From a virus (lineage: Duplodnaviria; Heunggongvirae; Uroviricota; Caudoviricetes): a stretch of DNA of 64,000 nt. Each line of letters opens with the position of its first letter. The stretch's first letter is position 1. The DNA lies in IMG/VR virus record IMGVR_UViG_3300017992_000017, positions 33,418 to 97,417 of that record; one strand, given 5' to 3'. The notes below the pieces were generated by a model, which saw only the letters and a program-made list of their open reading frames with translations, did not search any database and had not been told where the DNA came from. A program made the position numbers and the translations under genes. Shown here one piece after another: positions 9,778-18,126 of this stretch.

Positions 9778-10118
9778 TCGGCAAATCCGTGATCGTCGAC
9801 ATCCTGAACCGGTGGATGAATGAGCACGACATTCTCATGACCGAGGAGCGTGCTGATCAGCTGGCCGTGTACATCGACCAGACGTTGATTGCCATGACGC
9901 AGCAAGGACACATACCGGACGCGACAACTACCTCGGCGGCGCTTCGGATCTTGGAGCGACAGGTAGCGGACGTGGATGACCTGGTGGTGCGTCTCGTACC
10001 CTCCGGCCTCTTGCAAGCTGAGATTGGGGACACGGTGGCTTACAACCTGAGCGAGCAAGCACCGCTGCAGGATGCGATCGTGCAGTTGGCCAGACAGGTG
10101 GTGAGGAAGACATCATGA
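9774..10118 (+). CDS. hypothetical protein
   Basis: GTG start overlapping upstream stop; 114 aa. Confidence 0.35.
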   Translation: MIGKSVIVDILNRWMNEHDILMTEERADQLAVYIDQTLIAMTQQGHIPDATTTSAALRILERQVADVDDLVVRLVPSGLLQAEIGDTVAYNLSEQAPLQDAIVQLARQVVRKTS

Positions 10119-11152
10119 AGATTCTCGCGTTTGCCGATCTCCAGTGCCACGCGTACCAGCAGTTCCATACCAGGACGGAGCGTGGGCTGAACTCTCGGTT
10201 TCAGGATTGTCTGGATATCGTTCACCAGGCCACGGCGCTGGTTCGGCAGCATGGGGTTGACCTCGTGGTGTTCGCCGGGGACCTGTTCGAGGCGAGGACC
10301 AAGCTGGACATCGACGTATACACGGAGACGTATCGAGCGTTCGAGCTGCTCTCCCGGGCGGTCGACAAGAACCTTTTGATGGTCTGCGGTAACCATGACC
10401 AGCATGTACGTCTCGGCAATATCCATTCGTTGGTGCCGTTTTGTGCGTTGGGTCGAGTGGTGGCTGGGAATGACGAGAGAATTCCGGTCGAAGCAGAGGT
10501 CGTTGCTGCTGCTCACGCCTACACGACCGACATCGACTCGCTCAAGGAATGGCTCAACAACCTACCGAAGACGGATCTCTTGGTCTTGCATCAGACGATC
10601 TCCGAGGCCGTTGCAGGACCGGTTGATACGCACCTGACGGACGGGATCTCGATTGCTGACATCCCCACGGACCGGATCGGCATGGTTATCTCCGGTCATA
10701 TCCACAAACGACAGAACCTCCTGCTCGGTCGTGTCCATATCCCCGGGTCTCCCTTGCAGCTGACGTTCGGGGAGGCAGGTGAGGACAAGGCGTTTTCTCT
10801 GATCGACACAACCACGTGGACGGTGGAAACGATCCCGACTAATGCACCGAGGTTCTTCAAGTTTGACTATCCGGATATGGACCTCTCCGGTGTCAACACA
10901 ATGCGTGACTTCGTCCGTGTGACCTACGACCGGGAGCATGCTGACGCGATCCAGCGGTTGACGGAGCAGTACCCACGGATCGACTTTGTGGAGAATGCGA
11001 AGGATGAGACGATCTTTCGCACGACCGAGAAAGCGGCCGACGACGATCAGCAACTGTTACGTGAGTATCTCCGGCATGCGTCCCTTGATGGGATGGACGA
11101 GGAGATGTTGTTGGAGACGGGACTCGAATTGTTGGCTGGGGAGCAAGCATGA
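10115..11152 (+). CDS. sbcD: SbcD/Mre11-family nuclease (T4 gp47-like)
   Basis: Metallophosphoesterase motifs: ILAFADLQCH, VFAGDLFE (GDxxD), MVCGNHDQH (GNHD), ISGHIHK. Confidence 0.85.
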   Translation: MKILAFADLQCHAYQQFHTRTERGLNSRFQDCLDIVHQATALVRQHGVDLVVFAGDLFEARTKLDIDVYTETYRAFELLSRAVDKNLLMVCGNHDQHVRLGNIHSLVPFCALGRVVAGNDERIPVEAEVVAAAHAYTTDIDSLKEWLNNLPKTDLLVLHQTISEAVAGPVDTHLTDGISIADIPTDRIGMVISGHIHKRQNLLLGRVHIPGSPLQLTFGEAGEDKAFSLIDTTTWTVETIPTNAPRFFKFDYPDMDLSGVNTMRDFVRVTYDREHADAIQRLTEQYPRIDFVENAKDETIFRTTEKAADDDQQLLREYLRHASLDGMDEEMLLETGLELLAGEQA

Positions 11153-11496
11153 GCGGTCGTAGAAGTCGTAACAAGGGTGCTCAGGGTGAACGAGAGCTCT
11201 CCAAGGAACTCAACCGGTTGTTCGGGTGTGAGAGCCATCGCGGTCGGCAGTACCACGGAGGACCTGAGTCCCCGGATATTGCCAAGGCTCCTCCCGGCAC
11301 TCACTGGGAAGTCAAGCGTACCGAAAAGCTGAGTCTCTACAAGGCAATGGATCAAGCCACGGACGACGCGGGAGAGCAAGACATCCCTGTCCTGGCACAT
11401 CGAAGGAACGGAAAACCCTGGCTGTTTGTCTGTTACCTCAACGATCTACCGACGCTGGCCAAGCTGCTGTCGCGTGAACCGGAGGAGACCGAGTGA
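11149..11496 (+). CDS. putative Holliday-junction resolvase, archaeal Hjc-like PD-(D/E)xK nuclease
   Basis: RNKGAQGERELSKELNRLFG..PDIAKAP....WEVKRTEK parallels Hjc (RKGS.ERE.v..Lr..Gf..PDIiA......iEvKsrk). Confidence 0.5.
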   Translation: MSGRRSRNKGAQGERELSKELNRLFGCESHRGRQYHGGPESPDIAKAPPGTHWEVKRTEKLSLYKAMDQATDDAGEQDIPVLAHRRNGKPWLFVCYLNDLPTLAKLLSREPEETE

Positions 11497-11837
11497 AGTT
11501 TCTTTACTGCAAAGCCTGCTACGACATCTTCCGGTTGTGGGAGGAAGAAAGAACCTGCAAGTGTGGCAAGACCAAGGGACGATACCTTGATCTCTTGGCC
11601 GCTGAATACGTAGGGGATTTCGCCGTTCCGCTTGGTGTGGACAACTTCAGCTTCGTACGAGCGGTCAGGAGACAACCGGAGAAAGGTCGCGGCGAGCAGT
11701 TTGAGGCGTTCGTCATACCAGAGCGATGTCCGACGTTTAAGAGAAAAGGTACTCCGGGAGAGGGTTGGGACGGTGGTGTAAAGGGTAGCACACCGGCTGT
11801 AACTGGAGGTGCGGGTTCAATTCCCGTCCGTCCGTGA
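11493..11837 (+). CDS. hypothetical protein with N-terminal CxxC..CxC zinc-ribbon-like motif
   Basis: YCKACYDIF..CKCGKTKG; GTG start overlapping upstream stop. Confidence 0.35.
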   Translation: MKFLYCKACYDIFRLWEEERTCKCGKTKGRYLDLLAAEYVGDFAVPLGVDNFSFVRAVRRQPEKGRGEQFEAFVIPERCPTFKRKGTPGEGWDGGVKGSTPAVTGGAGSIPVRP

Positions 11838-11856
11838 ACCCCTTATTGAGGCACGT

Positions 11857-12075
11857 ATGGCACGGTTCATCATAGACGTCCGAGATGACATTGATCCGGT
11901 GACGGCGTTGGTGCGAGTAGCCACTGTCATCCGGCAAGGGAAGATCAGTGAAGCCAGAGGGATCAAGCACTACTGCTGGCACACAACATTCAGGACAGAC
12001 AAGATTGCCGTGAGTGCGAGAGAGAAGAAGAAGGATACCTCAGCTGATTCATTTTGGGTGTGGGAGGACGCATGA
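11857..12075 (+). CDS. hypothetical protein
   Basis: internal ATG of track ORF 11809..12075 chosen to avoid overlap. Confidence 0.3.
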   Translation: MARFIIDVRDDIDPVTALVRVATVIRQGKISEARGIKHYCWHTTFRTDKIAVSAREKKKDTSADSFWVWEDA

Positions 12076-14207
12076 GTTTGTTATCGCTAGAAGGCACGGA
12101 CATCTTCAGCTACGCGGATATCTCCCTCGATCTCCGGGATCGTGGTCTTGTTCTTCTGGAGGGTGAGAACGGTGCTGGGAAATCCTCCATCTTCCGGATT
12201 CTGGCCTGGACGCTCTATGGTGACCAGCTCCGAAACACCCGAGCCGATGCCGTGGTCCGCAAAGACATGAACCACAAACCGATCACCGGCAAGACCTCCG
12301 GCATCGTACGGTTCGAGCGTAACGGCCAGGAGATCCGCGTTGAACGGTATCGCAAGCACAAGGAGTTTGCCAGCAAGCTTCTCCTCTTCGTAGACGACCG
12401 GGAAATTACCGGAGCCTCCAACAACGAGACGCAGGGACGCATCGTTGATCTCCTGGGTGGGATCGACAGTGACACTTTCTGCTCGGCCGTGTTGTTTCCG
12501 CAATCGGCCAAGGGATTCTGCAGCAAGTCCGACGCCGAGATGAAGGCCGTCTTCGATCGTCTCCTCCAGCTCGATCGCTTCTTCCAGGCCAGAGAGCTCG
12601 CCAAGTCCCGGTCTCGACAGTTCCAGGACCTCACCACGGGACTGCAGGCAACCACCGTATCTCTCGAACAGCAACTTACAGACGGACAGACCAGGATCGA
12701 ACAGCTGCAGTCTGAGGTAGCCAACTTCGATCTCAAGAAACTCCAAGACATCCAGAGCTGCAAGGAGGAGGTCGCCAAGCTAGAAGCCGCAAAGCCAGCT
12801 CCAGTCGATCCAAACATCATCGCCGAGCTGACTACCCTCCAAGGCATGATCACCGAGGCAGCCAACGTAGAGGAGCAATACAACCAGGTCACGACCACTC
12901 AGACCTCCCTCGTCCGTCAACAGGCTGGCCTCGAATCCCAGATCCAGAGTCTCCAATCACAGATTCCGGGAGAGACGCCAGCACCTCCCGTAGCTGAAAA
13001 GACCATAGAAGAGGTTGCCGATTTGCTCTCCGTACTGGGTCGGGAGGAGGCAAGACTGGAGATCGGTCTCACCTCGGCCGAACGTGAGGTGGTTTCGCTC
13101 GACAACAAGATCGCGCAACGGGACTCCATGGACGAGTGTGGTGCGTGTGGACAGGAGCTTACTGACAAGGCCAAGTCCAAGCTATTCGGCGATCTAGACA
13201 GCCAGCGAACCCAGAAGATGGCCGAGATCGAATCGACCACGCAGAAACGCCGGGAAGTGACCCAGCAGCTGGAAGGACTCCGCGACGTCCAGGCTCGAGC
13301 TCTGGCGTACCGGTCGTGGGAGGAGATGACCCAGGATCGACGCCGGATCCAGGACCAGCTCGTTCAGCTACAGGATCAGCTGACAAAAATATCCCTCCAG
13401 TTAGGGGGTGCGGAGGAAGAGGCCGTCAGACTGCGAGATTTGGCTTCTAAGGGACGCGAGGCCAAAGACAGGTACTCGTCCCTCCAGGCTCTGAAAACGC
13501 AGCAGGAGGCCGCACAGGAGCTCTGGGAGACTAAACTAGCATCCATACTATCCCAGCGAAACGAGGCTGAGTCTAGGATCAATCCGTTTGGGGACCTTCT
13601 GCTCCAAGAAACAGGCCGCATGGGGGGTGTGCGCGACAGTCTCGGGTGGTACGGGATGCTGCAGAAACGCACAGACCTGGAGACCGGGATCTTCGACTGG
13701 TGGGTGGACGGGTTTGGCCAGCAGGGAGTGAAGACGTTCCTGATCGAGCGAGCCATCCCCTTCATCAACTCCCGTCTGCAGGAGTATCTGGCGGTACTCT
13801 CAGGGGGGAAGGCTACGGCCACTTTCTCTGCGACGTCCCGACTGGCTGACGGATCGGAGAGGGACAAGCTATCGGTCAACGTGGATTACCGTGGGGGGGA
13901 CGACGAGTACGCCGGGTTGTCGGGGGGAGAAATGGCTCGCGTCGACATTGCTATGATGCTCGCTCTCGGGGATTTGGCGTCGGCGCGGAGCAACATCAAC
14001 TTCGGGGTGCGGTTGCTCGACGAACCGTTCGATGGTCTAGATTCGATCGGTAAAGAGTTGGTAGTCCAGGTGTTACGCGAAAATATCCTCCCGAAATGTG
14101 GCACGATACTTGTCATGACACACGATGATAGTCTCAAGCAATTGTTTCCCCGTATAGTAGGGGTTGACAAACAAGACGGTGTGAGTAGAATTGAAATAGT
14201 AGGGTAA
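12072..14207 (+). CDS. sbcC: SbcC/Rad50-family ATPase (T4 gp46-like)
   Basis: Walker A LEGENGAGKSSI, long coiled coils, CGACGQ zinc-hook, signature LSGGEMARVDIAMMLAL, Walker B LLDEPFDGLD; GGAGG SD 5 nt before ATG 12072. Confidence 0.85.
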   Translation: MSLLSLEGTDIFSYADISLDLRDRGLVLLEGENGAGKSSIFRILAWTLYGDQLRNTRADAVVRKDMNHKPITGKTSGIVRFERNGQEIRVERYRKHKEFASKLLLFVDDREITGASNNETQGRIVDLLGGIDSDTFCSAVLFPQSAKGFCSKSDAEMKAVFDRLLQLDRFFQARELAKSRSRQFQDLTTGLQATTVSLEQQLTDGQTRIEQLQSEVANFDLKKLQDIQSCKEEVAKLEAAKPAPVDPNIIAELTTLQGMITEAANVEEQYNQVTTTQTSLVRQQAGLESQIQSLQSQIPGETPAPPVAEKTIEEVADLLSVLGREEARLEIGLTSAEREVVSLDNKIAQRDSMDECGACGQELTDKAKSKLFGDLDSQRTQKMAEIESTTQKRREVTQQLEGLRDVQARALAYRSWEEMTQDRRRIQDQLVQLQDQLTKISLQLGGAEEEAVRLRDLASKGREAKDRYSSLQALKTQQEAAQELWETKLASILSQRNEAESRINPFGDLLLQETGRMGGVRDSLGWYGMLQKRTDLETGIFDWWVDGFGQQGVKTFLIERAIPFINSRLQEYLAVLSGGKATATFSATSRLADGSERDKLSVNVDYRGGDDEYAGLSGGEMARVDIAMMLALGDLASARSNINFGVRLLDEPFDGLDSIGKELVVQVLRENILPKCGTILVMTHDDSLKQLFPRIVGVDKQDGVSRIEIVG
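14164..14191 (+). promoter_or_regulatory. sigma70-like promoter candidate (TTGACA-16 nt-TAGAAT) inside 3' end of sbcC
   Basis: TTGACA at 14164-14169 and TAGAAT at 14186-14191 with 16-nt spacer. Confidence 0.4.
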
Positions 14208-14254
14208 ATAGATGGCCTGGGTAAACTATACCCCAAACTAGAGGAGGTTAGGCG

Positions 14255-14638
14255 ATGCGTGGTGACGGCAATATGGGACGTGCGACCGAGTTTCTGGTTG
14301 CCAATCCACAACCTCCGGAGCTACCACCCGAAGAGAGGCAGCTTCCCAAGATCCCGGCTGTGAAGGGTGGCGAGTCGGTTGATACTCCCGTCCCCGAGTC
14401 GCAGACACAGGTGATGGAGGCGAAAGCGGCCGAGTTGCGGGAAGAGCTGGAGATCCTTCCGGACGAGGATGTTCAGCTGCTGTGTGAGATCGTGAAGGAT
14501 CGTGGACTAGCAAACATCGATGGTCGGTGGGGACGTGAGAACCAGATCAGGGCGCTGGTGGCGTGTGAAGCGTCCCCGTCCTGGCTGGACACGATCCTGC
14601 CGGAGTTGCCTCCTCCACCTCCTCCGGGGGTGGTGTAG
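14255..14638 (+). CDS. hypothetical protein
   Basis: GGAGG SD upstream; 127 aa; Pro-rich C-term. Confidence 0.4.
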   Translation: MRGDGNMGRATEFLVANPQPPELPPEERQLPKIPAVKGGESVDTPVPESQTQVMEAKAAELREELEILPDEDVQLLCEIVKDRGLANIDGRWGRENQIRALVACEASPSWLDTILPELPPPPPPGVV

Positions 14639-14759
14639 GCGCCAGCGTAGTGCGACGGCGATTAGCGAAAGAAGCGTCGGCGTCCCGAGCACGGTGACCG
14701 AAGCGCAATGCCTCGGGAGTAGCTATCCCCAGGTGATGGTCTGAGCTCGAAGAAAGGGA

Positions 14760-15068
14760 TTGTTTCCGGTGAGTCACCCGGATCCGTCGCGCGATCGTTG
14801 GCAACTAGAAGACCTTGAATCGTACTTGCGCGATCGGCTTCGGGTGTTGTTTGGTGGGGATGAGGACCACCTGGTCTTTGCGCCAGGTGGTCCTCGGCGT
14901 CTCCTGTCGTTGGAGGAGCAAGATGCGTTACCTCGAGAGTCGCCGGATGAGCTGTGTGTGCTATGTTGGAACCGATACGCCGATCACTTTGTCGACGTGG
15001 ACTACTTGAACCATGAAGGACGTCCGTTTCTGCGGACCCTGTGTGACGGGAGAGTGGTGAAGATATGA
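14760..15068 (+). CDS. hypothetical protein
   Basis: 102-aa ORF; no motif. Confidence 0.35.
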   Translation: MFPVSHPDPSRDRWQLEDLESYLRDRLRVLFGGDEDHLVFAPGGPRRLLSLEEQDALPRESPDELCVLCWNRYADHFVDVDYLNHEGRPFLRTLCDGRVVKI

Positions 15069-15289
15069 AGAGACTGAAGTTCTGCATCGGCGCGACCCTG
15101 TTCTGGTTGGGTCTGCCTTTTGCCGCTCTCTCCATCTTGATTATGTTTGCTCTCGGGGTGGTTGGTCTTCTGGGGATACTGGCCGTCATACTCCTCATGT
15201 CGTTTCCGTGTCTGGTGGGTGGTTGGTTGGCGACGGATGGTTGGTTGGAGAGGATCGAAGCCATGTCTGGTTTGGAGGACAAGGAGTGA
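15065..15289 (+). CDS. small membrane protein
   Basis: two hydrophobic helices (IGATLFWLGLPFAALSILIMFALGVVGLLGILAVILLMSF). Confidence 0.4.
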   Translation: MKRLKFCIGATLFWLGLPFAALSILIMFALGVVGLLGILAVILLMSFPCLVGGWLATDGWLERIEAMSGLEDKE

Positions 15290-15954
15290 AAACTGTCGCG
15301 TTCATGCCAATCAAGCTGAACAACCAGCGTCTCTCTGGGAAGAACACCCGGATGCTGAGAGACAAGCCGCTCTGCCAGTGGGCGCTGAACGAGTTGTTGG
15401 AGTTAAAGAACGACGAAGCGGTGGAGGAGGTCTACGTCTACTGCTCCGACCCTAAGATCGAGGACTATCTCCCGAACGGCGTGGAGCTGCTGTTGCGTAA
15501 CCCGTCGCTCGATCATCCACATGTCCAGGGTAATGACATCTACCGGTCGTTCATTGCCGAGGTACCTGCCGATCTGTACATGCTCCATCATGCGACCAGT
15601 CCCTTCGTCAAGGTTGAGACACTGTACCGGTGTCTTACTGCTGTGTCCTCTGGGAAGCACGACTCGGCCCTGACGGTCAAGGAGATGCACGGCCGGTTCT
15701 GGAGAAACAATGCTCCCGTGTGGCATGACCTGGAGACGGTGGGTCGGACGCAGGACATGACTCCCGTGTACTTCGAGACGGAGGCATGCTACGTCTTTCC
15801 TCCGTATCTTCTGGAGATTTACGGAAGACGGGTAGGGTTTAATCCATACCTGTGTCCCGTCGATGCGAAAGAAGCCATCGATATCGATACCCGGGACGAT
15901 TTTGAGCTGGCTCAGTGCGTGGCATGGCCGAGATATGCGTCAACTAACGGCTGA
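15286..15954 (+). CDS. CMP-sugar cytidylyltransferase (CMP-NeuAc/CMP-Kdo synthetase family)
   Basis: VAFMPIKLNNQRLSGKN (cf. IAIIPAR.GSKG..KN), downstream YVYCSDP, ATSPF; GTG start overlapping stop of upstream gene. Confidence 0.65.
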   Translation: MKTVAFMPIKLNNQRLSGKNTRMLRDKPLCQWALNELLELKNDEAVEEVYVYCSDPKIEDYLPNGVELLLRNPSLDHPHVQGNDIYRSFIAEVPADLYMLHHATSPFVKVETLYRCLTAVSSGKHDSALTVKEMHGRFWRNNAPVWHDLETVGRTQDMTPVYFETEACYVFPPYLLEIYGRRVGFNPYLCPVDAKEAIDIDTRDDFELAQCVAWPRYASTNG

Positions 15955-16669
15955 ATACGATCGACTCCGAGACTCCGTGATCTCCAGTACGAGCACGGAT
16001 GCACAGCTGGAGTGTTTGCACAACGCACACGCAGGGGAGACGGCATACCTGGTGGCTTGCGGACCGTCGACAGGACAGTACCGGGAGGAGTTTCTGCGGC
16101 AGCGACTGGCCAACGAACTGGTCATTGCCGTGAAGCAGGCCATGGATCTCGTACCGGGGATCGCTGACTATCACCTGATCAACGCCGTCAACCGGAAAGA
16201 GTACGACTACACACATCCCCGGCCGATCGTGATGTTCGTCTGCGAGATCGAACAGATGGTCCGGTGTCCGATGCTGCACGACGTTTACACCCCGAGACCA
16301 GGACGAGGGGACAAACACATCTACGTTAGCCAGAGCAAGGATTTCGACAGTTGGACGTTGGACAAGATCATTCGACGTCCTCTGGGTCCGACGATCGTGT
16401 TCACGCTGGGTATGTTCCTGGCCGTGCATCTTGGTGTGTCTCGGATCATCACGTTGGGTGTGGACATGGCGCCGGAGGACATGCGGCATTACTACCCGAG
16501 CAATCTGAATGAGGGACAGATCCTGCATTCGGAGTGGGAGGCCGGGTTGGTTCGGGATGCGCATGAGGACTGGGACCGGTGGTTGCGTAGCCGGGGTGTG
16601 AGGTGGTTACGTGCCGAGTCGGATGAACCCAACGGTTTTCCTTCAATCGAGGAGGTGAGTTTGTTGTGA
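15935..16669 (+). CDS. putative GT42/DUF115 (CstII/Maf-like) sialyltransferase-fold protein
   Basis: AYLVACGPSTGQY (cf. CstII IIAGNGPSLKEI) and TIVFTLGMFLAVHLGVSRIITLGVDM (cf. CstII TSGVYMCAVAIALGYKEIYLSGIDF). Confidence 0.45.
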   Translation: MRQLTAEYDRLRDSVISSTSTDAQLECLHNAHAGETAYLVACGPSTGQYREEFLRQRLANELVIAVKQAMDLVPGIADYHLINAVNRKEYDYTHPRPIVMFVCEIEQMVRCPMLHDVYTPRPGRGDKHIYVSQSKDFDSWTLDKIIRRPLGPTIVFTLGMFLAVHLGVSRIITLGVDMAPEDMRHYYPSNLNEGQILHSEWEAGLVRDAHEDWDRWLRSRGVRWLRAESDEPNGFPSIEEVSLL

Positions 16670-17031
16670 CAGCTAGGACAGTGGAGCAAACAACTAAGGA
16701 TTGGGGAACGGTGCGTACGCTATTCAATCGTGGCGATACGCGGGTGACTCTCATTGATGGACCACGAAAAGACCGGAACGAGGTTTGCTCGGAGCACGTT
16801 CACGCATATACGCATAACCTCTTCTTTGTGCTTCAGGGGTCGTTGGAGGTTCATTGCTGCAACCGAGGTGTGTGGAGCAACAACCTCCTCCAGCCTGGGG
16901 AGAGCTTTCTCGTACCGGCCGGGATGTGGCATTATTTCCGGATCCTAGAAGACCCTACCCAAGCCATCGAGATCTATTGGTCCGACAGCATGGAAAAGGA
17001 CATCGAACGGAGAAACGATGGCTCGAATTGA
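16666..17031 (+). CDS. cupin-domain protein (sugar isomerase/epimerase-like)
   Basis: two-His cupin motif HVHAYTHNLFFVLQGSLEV ... PAGMWHYF. Confidence 0.55.
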   Translation: MTARTVEQTTKDWGTVRTLFNRGDTRVTLIDGPRKDRNEVCSEHVHAYTHNLFFVLQGSLEVHCCNRGVWSNNLLQPGESFLVPAGMWHYFRILEDPTQAIEIYWSDSMEKDIERRNDGSN

Positions 17032-17527
17032 CCGGAAACAGATCGTTGCGTGGCTCCGACGTGCGTACCAGGTGGGGATGGATCAGTCGGATGACATGGA
17101 CACGAAGGTCGGTGCGATTCTGGTCGTGCCCTGGATGCCGGAGGACTGCGTTGAGGGTGCGAACCGGATACCTACAGGTCTCTCCCGTAGACCGTCGAGA
17201 AAGAAGCGACCCGACAAGTACCGGTATCTCGTCCACGCGGAGGAAGACTCGATCCTCCAAGCAGCCAAGCTCGGGAGGTCCACCAAGGGACTGACCATGA
17301 TCTGTCCGTGGGCGGCTTGTGCTCGGTGTAGTCGGATGATCGTGCAGGCCGGGATCAAACGGGTGATCAACCACAAGTCTTCCATGGACGCTACGCCAGA
17401 TCGATGGAAGGCCGACATCGAGCTGGGACATTCCATGCTGCGTGAGGCGAATGTTGATCTGATCACGTACGACGGTTGGGTTGAGGACGTGAAATCGAAA
17501 TTCGACGGAAAGGTTTGGTATCCATGA
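17018..17527 (+). CDS. dCMP/cytidine-deaminase-fold zinc deaminase
   Basis: HAEEDSILQAA ... MICPWAACARCSRMIVQAGIKRV (H-A-E and PC..C zinc ligands of CDA fold). Confidence 0.65.
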   Translation: MARIDRKQIVAWLRRAYQVGMDQSDDMDTKVGAILVVPWMPEDCVEGANRIPTGLSRRPSRKKRPDKYRYLVHAEEDSILQAAKLGRSTKGLTMICPWAACARCSRMIVQAGIKRVINHKSSMDATPDRWKADIELGHSMLREANVDLITYDGWVEDVKSKFDGKVWYP

Positions 17528-18126
17528 AGACCGTCGCAATCATCGGCAACTCACATCATCTCCTGGGATCACGTCTCGGGGACAAGATCAACTCGCATGA
17601 CGTGGTGATCCGACTGAACAGCTACAAACTGTATCCCTACCAGGCCGACGTAGGGACCAAGACGGACACCATCGTCCTTGTCCAAAATGCAGACAACAAC
17701 ATGCTGGCTCGCAAGGGGTTGTTGCCGGAGGAGCTCCAGACTTGCAACGAGCTCTGGTTCTCTCGTCCTCTTGGAGATCGTGGGGACATGGACAACGACA
17801 TGCGGGTCATCTTGAAAGCGATCGGCCGGTTCAAGGTGAAGGACTGTCGGTTTCCGGACTCGAAGGGTGTGAAGGAGCTCCGTGCCAAGCTGAACTCACC
17901 GTACTATCCGTCGACAGGGATAGTCACGATCTTCATGGTACTGGAAACGTACCCGGATGCTGACATTCGGATCGCTGGTTTCGGGGATCCACAGGAAACA
18001 GCGTTCAAAGAAGGACATTACTATCCGAACGTGCATGGTTTCAAGTGGATCCATGACGGTCTGGGTGAGCGTGCCTTGATCGATCACCTGGTAGACGAGG
18101 GGAAGATCTCGTGGCTGACGTCGTAG
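17515..18126 (+). CDS. GT29-like (eukaryotic-type) sialyltransferase homolog
   Basis: L-sialylmotif-like VAIIGNSHHLLGSRLGDKINSHDVVIRLNSYKLYPYQADVGTKTD (cf. CxVVGNSG.L..S.CG.EID.HDFVxRxNxAP..g.e.DVGsKTT) and S-sialylmotif-like PSTGIVTIFMVLETYPDADIRIAGFG. Confidence 0.6.
   Translation: MVSMKTVAIIGNSHHLLGSRLGDKINSHDVVIRLNSYKLYPYQADVGTKTDTIVLVQNADNNMLARKGLLPEELQTCNELWFSRPLGDRGDMDNDMRVILKAIGRFKVKDCRFPDSKGVKELRAKLNSPYYPSTGIVTIFMVLETYPDADIRIAGFGDPQETAFKEGHYYPNVHGFKWIHDGLGERALIDHLVDEGKISWLTS

Noticed and set aside
12087-12898. 219- and 227-aa minus-strand ORFs inside sbcC
   Set aside because: Antisense to a gene with Walker A/B, zinc hook and ABC signature; no independent support
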